From Nitrospirota bacterium (GTDB lineage: Bacteria > Nitrospirota > Thermodesulfovibrionia > UBA6902): a stretch of 51,618 bases of DNA. Both the position numbers and the translations under genes were made by a program. The stretch covers positions 1 through 51,618 of the forward strand of contig PIVU01000003.1 of assembly GCA_003354025.1 (NCBI GenBank). The letters run 5' to 3'. Below the pieces are notes generated by a model. The model made no database searches. It worked only from the letters and a program-made list of their open reading frames with translations, and was not told where the DNA came from. Below, piece after piece: positions 1 through 11,291 of this stretch; the stretch's first letter is position 1; each line of letters starts with the position of its first letter.

Positions 1-1337
1 GCTATTTTTTTCCCATCAACATTACCAAATCTCTTCCTGAGCAGGTGAAACAATATGAGAAAATTAACTGCCTGCGCTATAGCATTGGCCAGGGCCAGAC
101 CTCCATGCCTCATGGGTCCCATCAGTAAAAAGCTGAACAATATGTTCACTACTATTGAAATCAGCGCGATTTTCACAGGAGTTTTTGTGTCCTGCAATGA
201 ATAAAACACCGAGACCACAACCCTGTACCCCACAAAGGCCCAGAGCCCCGATGAATAGCAGATGATTGCATATGTCGTCTCCGAAACTGCAAGAGATGTA
301 AACTCACCCCTTTGAAGCACAACCTGTATAATCGGACCGGACAATGCAATAAGTCCTGCCATTGCCGGAAGCGATATAAAAAAGAGAAGTCTCAGTGAAA
401 AAGAAAAGGTCTCACGCATAGCGATATCATCATGCCTTGCAGCCTGCTCGGACAGAGAAGGAAGTACGGCAGTAGCCATAGCAACTCCAAAAACACCTAT
501 CGGCAAATGGACAAATCTCATTGCATAGTATAGATAAGTAACTGATCCGCCGGCGAGAAAAGAAACAAATATACTGCCTACCAGAATATTAATCTGGTGA
601 ACTCCCATGCCCAATATAGCTGGAAGCATCAGGCGTCGTATTTTTTGCAGTCCCGGATGTTTAAATGAAAACGAGGGCGCAACAATGAACTTCTTTTTCA
701 CAAGATCCGGTATTTGAATAAGAACCTGAAGGGCCCCGCCTACAGTTACTCCTATGGCTATTGCAACCATTGGGACAGCAAACCGTTCAGCAAAAAACAG
801 GGCGGAAATAATCATGGATATATTCAAAAACATTGGTGCCGTGGCAGGGATAAAAAAAGATTTAAGTGAGTTCAGAATACCCTTTGCAAAAGCGGCCAGA
901 CTGATAAAAAAGAGAAAGGGGAACATGATTCTGGTTAGCTTGACTGTCAGTGCGAACTTCTCAGGACTTTTGATAAAACCCGGCGCCAGAACTGATACAA
1001 CATATGGGGTGAATATAATCCCGAGCAGGCAGATCAGCGTGAGCGCTGAAAGAAGAAACGCAAAAACCGACGAAGCCAGTTTCTTTGCATCCTCATGTCC
1101 CTCTTTTGTAAGAGATTCCGTAAAAACAGGAATAAATGCTGCTGACATTGAGCCTTCAGCAAAGAGCTCCCTGAATAGATTCGGAATTTTGTGGGCCATA
1201 AAAAAGGCATCGGTAGATCCGCTTGCACCGAATATTTTAGCCAGCAATATATCCCTGAAAAACCCTAGGATACGGCTGCCCGTTGTGGCTATTGAAATCT
1301 GCCCTGCAGCCTTTGTCACATTCCGTTTTTCGTCCAT
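1..1337 (-). CDS. murJ: Lipid II flippase MurJ/MviN, N-terminal ~445 codons (C-terminus runs off the window edge)
   Basis: Absent from the supplied track because it is open-ended. My reverse-strand translation from the ATG (cat at 1335-1337) reads MDEKRNVTKAAGQISIATTGSRILGFFRDILLAKIFGASGSTDAFFMAHKIPNLFRELFAEGSMSAAFIPVF. The same frame gives MATAVLPSLSEQAARHD near 479 and LILFHLLRKRFGNVDGKKIA at the edge. These are typical MurJ motifs. The gene is divergent from rpsT. Confidence 0.85.
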   Translation of the reverse strand, partial: MDEKRNVTKAAGQISIATTGSRILGFFRDILLAKIFGASGSTDAFFMAHKIPNLFRELFAEGSMSAAFIPVFTESLTKEGHEDAKKLASSVFAFLLSALTLICLLGIIFTPYVVSVLAPGFIKSPEKFALTVKLTRIMFPFLFFISLAAFAKGILNSLKSFFIPATAPMFLNISMIISALFFAERFAVPMVAIAIGVTVGGALQVLIQIPDLVKKKFIVAPSFSFKHPGLQKIRRLMLPAILGMGVHQINILVGSIFVSFLAGGSVTYLYYAMRFVHLPIGVFGVAMATAVLPSLSEQAARHDDIAMRETFSFSLRLLFFISLPAMAGLIALSGPIIQVVLQRGEFTSLAVSETTYAIICYSSGLWAFVGYRVVVSVFYSLQDTKTPVKIALISIVVNILFSFLLMGPMRHGGLALANAIAQAVNFLILFHLLRKRFGNVDGKKI

Positions 1338-1451
1338 ATCACCTTGACTTTACTATCTCTATAATGTTAAAAAATAATTTGCCTTGACGTAGGGTTCTAC
1401 CTGTATCAAGTCAAATTACTGTTAATAATTAAATCATTTGGAGGTATTACA

Positions 1452-1748
1452 TTGCCGGAAAAATCTGCACCTAATAAAAGCAAATCAGCTCTGAAAAGAG
1501 TTAGACAGAACGAAGTAAAAACTTTGAGAAACAAGTCAGCAAAAAGCGTGATCAAAACACTCACCAAAAAGGTAGAGTCTGAAGTCGCCAGCAAAAGCCA
1601 GGAAGGCGCCGAGTCTGCATTAAAAGAGGCAATTTCTGCTATTGACAAAGCTGCGAAAAAAGGAATTATACACAGGAATACCGGATCCAGAAGAGTTTCA
1701 CGGCTTACGAGACTCGTCAAGTCACTGACCCCTGCTGAAGCAGCTTAA
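1452..1748 (+). CDS. rpsT: 30S ribosomal protein S20
   Basis: 98-aa basic protein with KSALKRVRQNEVKTLRNKSAKS...KKGIIHRNTGSRRVSRL, the S20 signature. TTG start with GGAGG about 7 nt upstream. Confidence 0.93.
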   Translation: MPEKSAPNKSKSALKRVRQNEVKTLRNKSAKSVIKTLTKKVESEVASKSQEGAESALKEAISAIDKAAKKGIIHRNTGSRRVSRLTRLVKSLTPAEAA

Positions 1749-2670
1749 TCAGCAATACTTCCATTACAAGCTCAGGTCGTCCGGAAGTTTTTATCCCTAC
1801 ATCCGCTTCATGCAGGCTCTGAAATATTGAAAAGAAATCACTTTCTTTAAATAGCGGTACATATTTCATAAGGGCCCTGTAGGTCTTTTCCCTCATTTTC
1901 ATAGGCCTTCTGCCCTTGTTGTGCCAAAGAAGATAAAACTGTTTATAGTGCCAGTTCAGTGTACCGAGAACAACCGGGGCCTCATGGGGACTTCCTCCAA
2001 AAATGGTCTTCAATATTCTAAAGGCCCGTAATTTCTGTCCGGCTATCAGGGCATCAAGAAGGTCAAAGGTAGAATACTTTCTCATCATACTTGTTGAAGA
2101 GATGATATCTTTTCCGGTAATCGTACCCTGGCCCGACAGCGATAGTTTTTCAACTTCCATTAACAACAGACCAACATCATATCCTACATACTCAATAAGA
2201 GAATCTACTGCATCACCTGTCAGCTTGACCCCCCTGCTCATTGCAGCTTGCCTGAGCCATGACGGTATGTCGCTTTCTCTTATGTTTAAAGAAAACACCT
2301 TCCAGTCTACTTTCAGAGATTTTTTAGGGGCCTTTTGTGAAACTACCACCATGCATGTACTTTCCGCAGGATCGCTGAGGTATGTCATCAAAGACTTAAC
2401 CATCGGCGCACTGAGTTGATGGAAATCCTTAAGCACTACAAGTCGACGTGGGGCCATAAAGGGCAGCGTAGACACCGTGTCCAGTATTTCCTGTATGCTC
2501 GTGGAAGGGTCAAAGACATCGTAGTTGAAATCCAGTGAGCCCGATGGAATAACTGTCTCGGGAATTTTAGCCAGCGCATCTTCCAGGAAACAACTTTCAT
2601 CACTCCACAGGTAATAAAGGGGACCGGGCAGTCCTTTTTGAAACTCCTTCTGCAGTGTTTTATTTAGCAT
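1717..2670 (-). CDS. holA: DNA polymerase III delta subunit
   Basis: 317 aa. N-terminus LPGPLYYLWSDESCFLEDAL is HolA-like. Sits in the classic leuS-lptE-holA order. Its start overlaps the lptE stop by 11 nt. Confidence 0.8.
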   Translation of the reverse strand: MLNKTLQKEFQKGLPGPLYYLWSDESCFLEDALAKIPETVIPSGSLDFNYDVFDPSTSIQEILDTVSTLPFMAPRRLVVLKDFHQLSAPMVKSLMTYLSDPAESTCMVVVSQKAPKKSLKVDWKVFSLNIRESDIPSWLRQAAMSRGVKLTGDAVDSLIEYVGYDVGLLLMEVEKLSLSGQGTITGKDIISSTSMMRKYSTFDLLDALIAGQKLRAFRILKTIFGGSPHEAPVVLGTLNWHYKQFYLLWHNKGRRPMKMREKTYRALMKYVPLFKESDFFSIFQSLHEADVGIKTSGRPELVMEVLLIKLLQQGSVT

Positions 2671-3196
2671 ACCGTATAATAATCCTGCTGACTAATTCCT
2701 TCGCAATTTCCCGGCATGCTTTGTCCGTGGCCCTCTCCTTCTCGGCAACACTGGCGCTAACAGTTCCTGTTGACTGAAAAGTAATCTTGATAGGTGACGC
2801 CATTGAATTAAATTCCATGGTCTTTCCATTTTCAACAAGCTTAATATTGACTTGCATGGTGATCTGCTGCTCCTTTACAACCTCATCAATTGCAGCAATA
2901 GCCCCCAGTAAAAAAGTAGTCACCGTTGCCTGAAGCTCTACATCACCGCTTCCTGCAGTTACTTCAATTCCCTGATTAATGAACTCCGAGGACAGAGCAT
3001 TGTGCAGCCTCTCTTCAAGCCTGGGTTCATAGGTTTTATTCAGGACCTGTTTAATGGCAATTGACTTAAACGGAAGCTGGGTTGATCCAACTATCCGGTA
3101 TCCGCATGAGGAAACAGCAAGCAGGAGCAATAAGGCAGCAGCATAACAAATACTATTTTTATTCATTCCCATCATTAGCCTCTCAGGCTTTACCAT
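2660..3196 (-). CDS. lptE: LPS-assembly lipoprotein LptE (RlpB)
   Basis: Signal peptide with lipobox LLAVSSC-GY, about 170 aa, located between leuS and holA. The true start is probably one of the ATGs at 3175, 3172 or 3166, which are preceded by GAGAGG. Confidence 0.7.
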   Translation of the reverse strand: MVKPERLMMGMNKNSICYAAALLLLLAVSSCGYRIVGSTQLPFKSIAIKQVLNKTYEPRLEERLHNALSSEFINQGIEVTAGSGDVELQATVTTFLLGAIAAIDEVVKEQQITMQVNIKLVENGKTMEFNSMASPIKITFQSTGTVSASVAEKERATDKACREIAKELVSRIIIRYAK

Positions 3197-3214
3197 GCAT
3201 TTTATATTTTTGAA

Positions 3215-5671
3215 TCAGACCACAATATTAACAAGCCTGCTTTTCACAACTATGACTTTCTTCAGGGTCTTGTCTTTTACGTATTCCTGGATCTTTGCAT
3301 CAGCAAATGCTATTCCCTTTATTGCTTCATCATCCAGTCCGGCAGAAGCCATTATCTTTGCCCTCACCTTACCGTTAATCTGAACCACGAGCTCTACCGC
3401 ATCTTCTTTGGTAATTTCCTCATCCCACTCAGGCCATGCTCTGTTAAAGAGCTTCTCCTCCTCGCCCAGTTCTCTCCAGAGCTCTTCAGCAAAATGGGGG
3501 GCAAATGGAGATATCAGCAGCATCATGTTTTTCATGCAGAAGTGCAAAACTGCTGCTTCTTCACTGCCTGAGACTTTAAATACCGACACTTCGTTCATTA
3601 GTTCCATAAGGGCAGCAATCGCTGTATTAAAATGGTAGTCACGCTCAATACTTGAAGTCACCTTTTTTATGGTCTGATGTGTTTTCCTGAGAAGCTTTAA
3701 TGATCCGCCGGAAAGACCTTCAACACCCCTTAACTCCGGGATGTCCGAAGCCCCTAATACTGTCTGGTTTTTGAATACAAATGACCATATTCGATTTAAA
3801 AATCTGTAGGAACCCTCTACGCTCTTGTCTGACCATTCAAGGTCTTTCTGTGGCGGAGCGGCAAACATACTGAAAAGTCTGACCGTATCAGTTCCATATT
3901 TATTAATAAGAGTGTCCGGATCAACTACGTTACCCTTGGATTTTGACATTTTGGCGCCGTCTTTTATTACCATTCCCTGAGTAAGCAGCCTTTTGAAGGG
4001 TTCATCGAACTTAATAAGCCCAATATCCCTGACTACCTTTGTAAAAAATCGTGAGTAAAGAAGATGAAGAACAGCATGTTCAATCCCCCCGATATACTGG
4101 TCCACGGGCATCCAGTAAGCGGCAGCGCCGGGATCAATAGGGCCGTTGTCCGCATTAGGAGAGCAATATCTTAAAAAGTACCATGAGGAATCAACAAAGG
4201 TATCCATGGTATCAGTTTCTCTTTTTGCGTCTGCTCCGCAGGAAGGGCATTTTGTGTTAATAAAACTATCCAGTTCCGCAAGAGGTGACGTGCCATGGCC
4301 CTTTAACACTGCATCCTTCGGAAGAATAACAGGCAGTTCACTTTCCGGAAGTGGCACAATTCCGCAGCTTTCACAATATACAACCGGTATGGGCGTGCCC
4401 CAGTATCTCTGGCGGGATACTCCCCAGTCCCTGAGCTTGTAGTTTACAGCTCTTTCACCTATTCCTTCCTTCTCCAGGTGATCGGCTATTTTGACTCTCG
4501 CTTCTTTACTCGAAAGCCCTGAAAACTGCTCTGACTCAACGAGCACACCATAGTCTGTGAAAGCGCAGTCCATTGTGTCATTGCTTGCCTCTGCACCGTC
4601 GTCGTTATTCTCAGGCTCTATAACAACCTTGACAGGAATACCATATTTCTGTGCAAATTCAAAGTCCCTCTGGTCATGAGCAGGGACTGCCATCACCGCA
4701 CCCGTACCGTATCCCATAAGGACAAAGTTAGCAGCGTAAATGGGAATCTCTTTGCCCGTCAGAGGATTGACGGCATTATGCCCTGTAAAGACACCCTGCT
4801 TTTCCTCCGGGTCGTCTGAAAGGGCTTTTATTTCTTTCAATATCTTTTCGTCGCTTACCAGTTCACCTACAAGCGGATGCTCCTTGGCAATGCTCATAAA
4901 CGTAGTTCCATAGAGAGTGTCCTGCCTTGTTGTGAAAATTCTGATCTTCTTGTCGGAACCCGCTATACTGAAGTCCACCTCTACACCATCACTGCGGCCT
5001 ATCCAGTTCCGCTGCATTGTAACGACTTTTTCAGGCCAGCCATCCAGTGTATCTGCATCTGACAAAAGCTCTTCGGCATACTCGGTAATTTTATAGAACC
5101 ACTGCTCCAGTTCCTTCTGCTCAACCGTGCTGTCACATCGCCAGCACTCTTCATCTATTACCTGCTCATTAGCCAGCACAGTTTCACATGAGGGGCACCA
5201 GTTTACCGCCGATGACTTCTTATAGGCCAGGCCCATTTCATACATTTTCAGGAACATCCACTGGTTCCATTTATAATACCGGGGGTCACAGGTCGCTACC
5301 TCCCTGTCCCAGTCATAACTGAGCCCCATCTTTTTTAGCTGGCTCTTCATGTGTTTTATATTTTCAAAAGTCCACTTCGAGGGGTGCACCCCGTGTTTTA
5401 TTGCAGCATTTTCCGCAGGCAGGCCAAAGGCGTCCCACCCCATGGGATGAAGGACATTAAACCCGCGCATCCTCTTATACCTGGAGATAACATCGCCAAT
5501 CACATAATTCCTCACATGCCCGATATGGATATTCCCAGAAGGGTACGGAAACATTTCGAGGCAGTAGAACTTTGGCAGGCCAGCATCCTCTTTAACGGAA
5601 AACAGCCCTTCACTCTCCCAGTATTCCTGCCATTTTTTCTCTATTGCATGTACATTGTATTTTTCTTCCAA
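3215..5671 (-). CDS. leuS: Leucyl-tRNA synthetase
   Basis: HIGH motif ([11 protein letters not shown]) and KMSKS motif ([10 protein letters not shown]). The longest ORF reaches 5728, but AGGAGG followed 7 nt later by TTG ([14 protein letters not shown]) supports a start at 5671. Confidence 0.95.
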   Translation of the reverse strand: MEEKYNVHAIEKKWQEYWESEGLFSVKEDAGLPKFYCLEMFPYPSGNIHIGHVRNYVIGDVISRYKRMRGFNVLHPMGWDAFGLPAENAAIKHGVHPSKWTFENIKHMKSQLKKMGLSYDWDREVATCDPRYYKWNQWMFLKMYEMGLAYKKSSAVNWCPSCETVLANEQVIDEECWRCDSTVEQKELEQWFYKITEYAEELLSDADTLDGWPEKVVTMQRNWIGRSDGVEVDFSIAGSDKKIRIFTTRQDTLYGTTFMSIAKEHPLVGELVSDEKILKEIKALSDDPEEKQGVFTGHNAVNPLTGKEIPIYAANFVLMGYGTGAVMAVPAHDQRDFEFAQKYGIPVKVVIEPENNDDGAEASNDTMDCAFTDYGVLVESEQFSGLSSKEARVKIADHLEKEGIGERAVNYKLRDWGVSRQRYWGTPIPVVYCESCGIVPLPESELPVILPKDAVLKGHGTSPLAELDSFINTKCPSCGADAKRETDTMDTFVDSSWYFLRYCSPNADNGPIDPGAAAYWMPVDQYIGGIEHAVLHLLYSRFFTKVVRDIGLIKFDEPFKRLLTQGMVIKDGAKMSKSKGNVVDPDTLINKYGTDTVRLFSMFAAPPQKDLEWSDKSVEGSYRFLNRIWSFVFKNQTVLGASDIPELRGVEGLSGGSLKLLRKTHQTIKKVTSSIERDYHFNTAIAALMELMNEVSVFKVSGSEEAAVLHFCMKNMMLLISPFAPHFAEELWRELGEEEKLFNRAWPEWDEEITKEDAVELVVQINGKVRAKIMASAGLDDEAIKGIAFADAKIQEYVKDKTLKKVIVVKSRLVNIVV

Positions 5672-5938
5672 AAAACAGCCTCCTACTTTAATAATTGTCT
5701 TTAAGCGTAGTATTTTACCATACTTCATGCCATAACATTACTTCCATTATAAAAAAATGTATTCCTGAACACACAGGGCGTGTAATGCCGCGCAAACTGT
5801 TAATAACTCGATATATGCCAGCTCCAGGCAGCACTTTTATATAGTGTCTTATATTCTATTCATAGTATTAATTAACTATTGGATTTTGAACCTAATTTAG
5901 TTTATACTAGCTCTTAATTTTCCCACTAGGAGACGTCT

Positions 5939-8242
5939 TTGATAAATACTTTCATACACTCGGTCCTTTCAGTTAAAGGTAAAACAATACTTCTTTTTTC
6001 CATCTTCCTGTTATTGTCCACTATATTTTTCATGCCGATGGGCAGCAACGCAAATGCAGAGTCATCTCCTCAGATCAATCTTGTTGAAATTTCCGGCAAT
6101 AAAAAAATCAGCGATGCTACGATATTCTCCAAAATACATAGCAATGTAGGCAGTGCCTTCTCAAAAAACGAAGTCCAGAATGATATTAAACGACTCTACC
6201 GAATAGGTTATTTTGACGATATACAGGTTGAAATAGACACTTTTGAAGGCGGCGTAAAACTTATATTCATTTTCATTGAAAAGCCAACAATTGTAAGTCT
6301 CGACTTTCAGGGCAACAAGGAATATGAAGCTGACGACCTTAAAGAGAAGATCACCCTTACTTCCGGTGCAATTGCAAACATGTCGCTGATTACTGACAAC
6401 ATTCAGAAAATCACCTTATTTTACCAGTCAGAGGGATACTGGCTTGTGAAGGTAGTACCAATTATCAGAGAGATCTCCGATAATGCTGTGGCCTTAACAT
6501 TTCAGATAGAGGAAGGCCCGAAAGTTATCATTAAGGACGTTATTATTGAAGGAAACGACTCCATTGCACTAAAAAAAATCAAAAAAGTAATGCAAACCAA
6601 AAAGCGGTGGTTTCTTTCTTTTATAACCGGATCGGGCATATATATTAAAGAGCAGGTAAAAGCTGACATAGAACGAATCAAGGCCCTTTATCACAACAAT
6701 GGCTATATATATGTTGCTGCGTCTGAACCTAAGATTGTTCTCGACCCGGACAAGAAAAAGCTCACTCTGTATATTTCAATATCAGAGGGCGAACAGTACA
6801 GTGTGGGGGCCCTCAAAGTACAGGGTAACTCAGCTTTTTCAGAATCAGAAATACTTGCCGATCTGAAAACAACTCCAGGGCAGATATTTGACAGAGGAGC
6901 ATTAAGAGAAGATATCAGCAAAACCCTCGACCTTTACATGGAACAGGGCTACGCAATGGCAGACATTAATCCTCTTGTTGATGTCGAAACAGAAGAACTA
7001 ATAGCAAATATTACAATATCAATTACAGAAGGCGGAATTTACACAATAGGAAGAATAGGTATATCAGGAAACACAAAAACGCGGGATAAGGTCGTGCGGC
7101 GGGAAATGAGGCTCGATGAAGGGGACATTTTCAACAAAAAGCAGATTAAGCGAAGCTACCAGAGGATTAATAACCTGAATTTTTTTGAAAGTGTTGATAT
7201 TACACCCTCACCCCGAACAGAAGACCAGGAAATTGATATAAATGTCGACATCAAGGAAAAAATGACGGGCATGCTGAGTCTGGGCGGCGGGTACAGCTCT
7301 GTTGATAAATTCATGGTCATGGGAGAAATAACTCAAACAAACCTGTTCGGCAAAGGACTTTACCTGAAACTTAAAGCCGATTTGAGCGCAAGACGGACCA
7401 ATTATAGTATCTCACTTTCAGACCCGTGGTTCATGGACAAGCCGATTTCAGCATCAATCAGTGTATACAATGAAATCCTGGAATTCCCTGAATACGATAA
7501 GAAGGCAACCGGCGGATCCATCGGTTTTGGTAAGGAGTTCTCCGAATATGTCGCGGGCCAGATCTCATATAACCTGGAAAATGTGGAAATAACTGATGTG
7601 TCCGATGATGCATCAGCAATAGTAGTTGACCAGAAAGGTGAGAAAATCACAAGCAGCATCAGCCCTTCAATCTGGAAGGACACTACAGACAGCCGAATTG
7701 ATCCATCAACTGGTTACAAACATGCACTTTACACAACCATTGCAGGACTCGGAGGCGACAACTATTTTGTCAAATCTGTGGTCGATTCCATATGGTTTCA
7801 CCCTGCACCCTGGAAAACTACATTCAGCATTCGCGGACGGGCAGGCATTGCAGCAGGTTTCAATGATGAAAAACTGCCTCTTTACGAAAGATTCTACTTA
7901 GGAGGAATCAGTACAATTCGTGGACTGGGCTTTGGAGAAGGCGGACCGAGACACGACAATGGAGAGAAAAAAGGCGGGAACTATGAGTTCATATTAAATA
8001 CCGAGCTGATCTTCCCTCTGCTGGAAGACTTAAAATTAAAGGGGGTTGTGTTCGTTGACTACGGCGGCGCTTTTGACGAAGATGACGATTTTGGTCTTAG
8101 CGACATGAGGCATACATATGGATTTGGATTCAGATGGCAATCGCCCTTTGGCCCGTTGAGGCTTGAGTGGGGATTTAACCCGGATCCCAAGTATGAAGAA
8201 AGCGATAATAAGATCGAGTTCTCAATGGGAGGAGCATTTTAG
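5939..8242 (+). CDS. bamA: Outer membrane protein assembly factor BamA (POTRA repeats plus Omp85 barrel)
   Basis: 767 aa. Signal anchor, repeated POTRA-like segments (I.I.GN..) and a C-terminal barrel ending ...IEFSMGGAF. TTG start with AGGAG 6 nt upstream. Followed by skp-lpxD-fabZ-lpxA. Confidence 0.92.
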   Translation: MINTFIHSVLSVKGKTILLFSIFLLLSTIFFMPMGSNANAESSPQINLVEISGNKKISDATIFSKIHSNVGSAFSKNEVQNDIKRLYRIGYFDDIQVEIDTFEGGVKLIFIFIEKPTIVSLDFQGNKEYEADDLKEKITLTSGAIANMSLITDNIQKITLFYQSEGYWLVKVVPIIREISDNAVALTFQIEEGPKVIIKDVIIEGNDSIALKKIKKVMQTKKRWFLSFITGSGIYIKEQVKADIERIKALYHNNGYIYVAASEPKIVLDPDKKKLTLYISISEGEQYSVGALKVQGNSAFSESEILADLKTTPGQIFDRGALREDISKTLDLYMEQGYAMADINPLVDVETEELIANITISITEGGIYTIGRIGISGNTKTRDKVVRREMRLDEGDIFNKKQIKRSYQRINNLNFFESVDITPSPRTEDQEIDINVDIKEKMTGMLSLGGGYSSVDKFMVMGEITQTNLFGKGLYLKLKADLSARRTNYSISLSDPWFMDKPISASISVYNEILEFPEYDKKATGGSIGFGKEFSEYVAGQISYNLENVEITDVSDDASAIVVDQKGEKITSSISPSIWKDTTDSRIDPSTGYKHALYTTIAGLGGDNYFVKSVVDSIWFHPAPWKTTFSIRGRAGIAAGFNDEKLPLYERFYLGGISTIRGLGFGEGGPRHDNGEKKGGNYEFILNTELIFPLLEDLKLKGVVFVDYGGAFDEDDDFGLSDMRHTYGFGFRWQSPFGPLRLEWGFNPDPKYEESDNKIEFSMGGAF

Positions 8243-8356
8243 ATGGTTACATTTATGAGTTATTGATTATATGTACCCGGTCTCTTTTTATAATGATTTA
8301 ACATATAATCTGTAACTGATAACATATAATATTATTTGATAACATAAGGAGGCTTC

Positions 8357-8872
8357 ATGAAAAAATTAGGTTTGACAATTGCTTTACTACTATTGTCTGT
8401 ATGTGCTTTTGCTGCCGAGAGCAAGATAGGGTATATTGATTTAAACAAGGCATTGAATGAGTCGGTGGCAGGAAAAAAAGCAGTGGGCTCTCTTGAAAAT
8501 ATGGTAAAGGCCAAACAGTTTCTCATTGCAGAAAAGGGCGAAAAAATCAAGAAAATCGAAGAAGAACTGGCCAAGCAATCTTCCATACTAACTGAAGATG
8601 CCATAAAGGAAAGAAAAGAGGAGCGTGAAAAACTCCTTCGTGATTACCAGAGGATGGTCAAGGACTCCCAGGAAGAAGTACAAAAAAAGCAGGCAACGTA
8701 TATGGATTCAATCATTAAGGAGCTCAAGAAAATCGTATTCCAGATTGGAAAAGAGGAAGGATATTCACTTATTCTTGAAAAAGCTGAAAGCGGAGTAATG
8801 TTTCACTCCGACGAAATAGATCTGACAGGCACATTAATCAAACGTTTTAACGAGATCTCAAAAACTAATTAA
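8357..8872 (+). CDS. skp: Periplasmic chaperone Skp/OmpH
   Basis: 171 aa. Signal peptide followed by Lys/Glu-rich coiled-coil sequence. Conserved position between bamA and lpxD. Confidence 0.85.
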   Translation: MKKLGLTIALLLLSVCAFAAESKIGYIDLNKALNESVAGKKAVGSLENMVKAKQFLIAEKGEKIKKIEEELAKQSSILTEDAIKERKEEREKLLRDYQRMVKDSQEEVQKKQATYMDSIIKELKKIVFQIGKEEGYSLILEKAESGVMFHSDEIDLTGTLIKRFNEISKTN

Positions 8873-8931
8873 CGGGGCTGTGAACAATTGTTAATGCAGT
8901 ATTCATTACAAATACGTAATACCATAAAATT

Positions 8932-9960
8932 ATGAAACTTAGTGAACTGGCCAGGCATATAGGTGGTGACATTATAGGGGACCCGGAAATTGAGATTACG
9001 GGAGTATCAGGAATCACGGAAGCTCAAACTGGAGACATCTCCTATATTCACGACAAGAAATTCTTAAAAGATCCTTCTGCAATACGTGCGTCGGCAGTAA
9101 TAGTCAAAGAGGTTGCTGAAGGGTTGCCAATTAGCATGCTTGTGGTCAAAAACCCTCAGTATACTTATGCAAAAGCACTGGAAGTTTTCTACATAAAACC
9201 ACATGCATGTACGGGAATCAGCGATAGAGCTTTTATAGGAGACAATGTAACTCTGGGCAGCGAGGTCTCAGTCCATCATTTTGCATGCATACGCGACGGT
9301 GTCGTGATTGGTTCCGGGGGAACAATATTCCCGGGGGTGTTTATAGGTAAAGGAGTCACTATTGGTGATAATGCTCTTATCTATCCAAATGTCACGATCA
9401 GAGGGAATACAAAAATTGGAAATAATGTGACCATTCATTCCGGGACAGTCATCGGATCAGACGGGTTTGGATATGTCATGGAGCAGGGTATGCATTATAA
9501 GATACCGCAGGTCGGAGGTGTTGTTGTTGAAGACAACGTTGAAATCGGCTCCAATGTAACCATTGACAGGGGTACAACCGGAAACACAATAATAGGAACG
9601 GGTACAAAAATTGATAATCTTGTACAAATTGCCCATAATGTGAAAATAGGCAGCCACTCAATTATCGTTTCGCAGGTCGGAATCAGCGGAAGCGTTGATA
9701 TTGGAAACAGCGTAATACTGGCCGGTCAAGTGGGAGTCAGAGATCATATTACTATAGGCAATAATGCGATCATAGGCGCACAATCCGGAATAGGCGGCAA
9801 TATTCCGGAAGGCCAGGTTTATTCCGGAAGCCCTGCCATTCCGCACAAATCATGGTTAAGAGCTCAAAGCATCTATGCGAAATTGCCTGAGTACATCAAG
9901 CGCATACAGGCACTTGAAAGAAAATTGGATAACTTAACCGGAACTAAACAGGACACATGA
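8932..9960 (+). CDS. lpxD: UDP-3-O-acylglucosamine N-acyltransferase
   Basis: 342 aa. N-terminal MKLSELA..I.G domain followed by a long run of hexapeptide (left-handed beta-helix) repeats. Confidence 0.92.
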   Translation: MKLSELARHIGGDIIGDPEIEITGVSGITEAQTGDISYIHDKKFLKDPSAIRASAVIVKEVAEGLPISMLVVKNPQYTYAKALEVFYIKPHACTGISDRAFIGDNVTLGSEVSVHHFACIRDGVVIGSGGTIFPGVFIGKGVTIGDNALIYPNVTIRGNTKIGNNVTIHSGTVIGSDGFGYVMEQGMHYKIPQVGGVVVEDNVEIGSNVTIDRGTTGNTIIGTGTKIDNLVQIAHNVKIGSHSIIVSQVGISGSVDIGNSVILAGQVGVRDHITIGNNAIIGAQSGIGGNIPEGQVYSGSPAIPHKSWLRAQSIYAKLPEYIKRIQALERKLDNLTGTKQDT

Positions 9961-10078
9961 TAAACCTGCGTAAGGGCAATTCATGAATTGCCCCTACAAA
10001 TGATAATTGCCTTAATTGTAAAGGTATTATGTAGTTGTATACTCGTATTGAACTTAATAATTCTAGGAGGACTTTCAG

Positions 10079-10519
10079 ATGATGAATATCTTGGAAATTC
10101 AAAAAATGCTGCCCCACAGATATCCTTTTCTGCTTGTGGACAGGATTCTTGAAATAGAGCCCAATGTAAAAGCGGTGGGAATAAAAAATGTAACCTATAA
10201 CGAACCTTTTTTTCAGGGACATTTCCCGGACAATCCAATAATGCCGGGGGTATTGATTGTTGAAGCTATGGCCCAGGTATCAGGAATTCTTTCAATTCAG
10301 TCAGGTGCCACAGGGAATACCATTTATTTCATGAGCATTGAAAAAGCCAAATTCAGAAAACCTGTTGTTCCGGGAGACCAGCTGCGATTTGAAGTGTCCG
10401 TTCTTCAGCATCGAAATAAAGTGTGGAAATTTACAGGACAGGCCCTTGTAGATGGCAAACTTGTAGCAGAAGCTGAATTTACAGCAATGCTAAGTGACGA
10501 GGTGCGTGATAATGGCTAA
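10079..10519 (+). CDS. fabZ: 3-hydroxyacyl-ACP dehydratase FabZ
   Basis: [13 protein letters not shown]...[25 protein letters not shown] is the canonical FabZ signature. AGGAGG 8 nt upstream. Confidence 0.95.
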   Translation: MMNILEIQKMLPHRYPFLLVDRILEIEPNVKAVGIKNVTYNEPFFQGHFPDNPIMPGVLIVEAMAQVSGILSIQSGATGNTIYFMSIEKAKFRKPVVPGDQLRFEVSVLQHRNKVWKFTGQALVDGKLVAEAEFTAMLSDEVRDNG

Positions 10520-11291
10520 ACCGAAAATTCACAAAACAGCGATCGTCGCAGCAGATGCAAAGCTTGCAGAAGGCGTGGAAATCGGCCCTTTTTGTATTAT
10601 TGGTAAACGGGTAAAAATTGGTAAAAATACTAAACTTCAGTCTCACATTGTTATAGAAGAAACTGAAATCGGCAGTGATTGTACTATCTTCCCCTTCACT
10701 TCTATCGGGCTCCCGCCGCAGGACACCAGATATGAAAATGAAAGAACAAAAGTAAAAATAGGAAAGAACAATATAATACGTGAATATATAACTATTCATC
10801 GTGCATCCGTGGGCGGCAATAAAATTACCAGGATAGGCAACAGCAACTTTCTCATGGCATATGCTCATATTGCTCATGACTGCAATATCGGCAATAACAT
10901 AATCATAGCAAATGCTACAACTCTGGCAGGTCATGTTGAAATAGAAGATCATGCATTTATCGGCGGGATGGTTGCCATCCACCAGTTTACGAGAATAGGC
11001 GCATACTCAATGATAGGGGGCTTCAGCGCCATAACGCAGGACATTCCTCCCTTTACAACAGCATCGGGAGACAGGGCCAAACTCTACGGATTAAACACTG
11101 TAGGGCTTAAACGCCTTGAATTCGATGATTCAGTAATCCGAGGCCTTAAAAAGGCATATAAAACGGTATTCCGCAGCAAGCTTACTCTTAAAGATGCTCT
11201 CAAGAAATTAAAGGCCGATGACAAACAACCTGAAGAAGTAGAGTTGTTTATTGAGTTTATAGAAAAAAATACCCGGGGAATATGCCGTTAA
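10512..11291 (+). CDS. lpxA: UDP-N-acetylglucosamine (or UDP-GlcNAc3N) O/N-acyltransferase LpxA
   Basis: Hexapeptide-repeat N-terminus plus an LpxA-type helical C-terminus (LKRLEF..., IRGLKKAYK). ATG at 10512 (MAKPKIH) overlaps the fabZ stop (ATGGCTAA). Confidence 0.9.
   Translation: MAKPKIHKTAIVAADAKLAEGVEIGPFCIIGKRVKIGKNTKLQSHIVIEETEIGSDCTIFPFTSIGLPPQDTRYENERTKVKIGKNNIIREYITIHRASVGGNKITRIGNSNFLMAYAHIAHDCNIGNNIIIANATTLAGHVEIEDHAFIGGMVAIHQFTRIGAYSMIGGFSAITQDIPPFTTASGDRAKLYGLNTVGLKRLEFDDSVIRGLKKAYKTVFRSKLTLKDALKKLKADDKQPEEVELFIEFIEKNTRGICR

Noticed and set aside
754-1347. 197-aa plus-strand ORF in the supplied track
   Set aside because: It lies entirely antisense to a clear MurJ reading frame. 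Its translation is low-complexity with no recognisable motifs. It is a shadow ORF.
3195-5704. Several 60-117-aa plus-strand ORFs inside the leuS region. The same applies to the many 60-170-aa antisense ORFs inside bamA, lpxD, lpxA, the KS genes, the Mo enzyme, aroA, cmk, rpsA, cobA/hemD and rnr.
   Set aside because: All are embedded antisense or out of frame within strongly supported genes. They lack ribosome-binding sites and motifs. Such ORFs are typical of AT-rich or biased-codon genomes.
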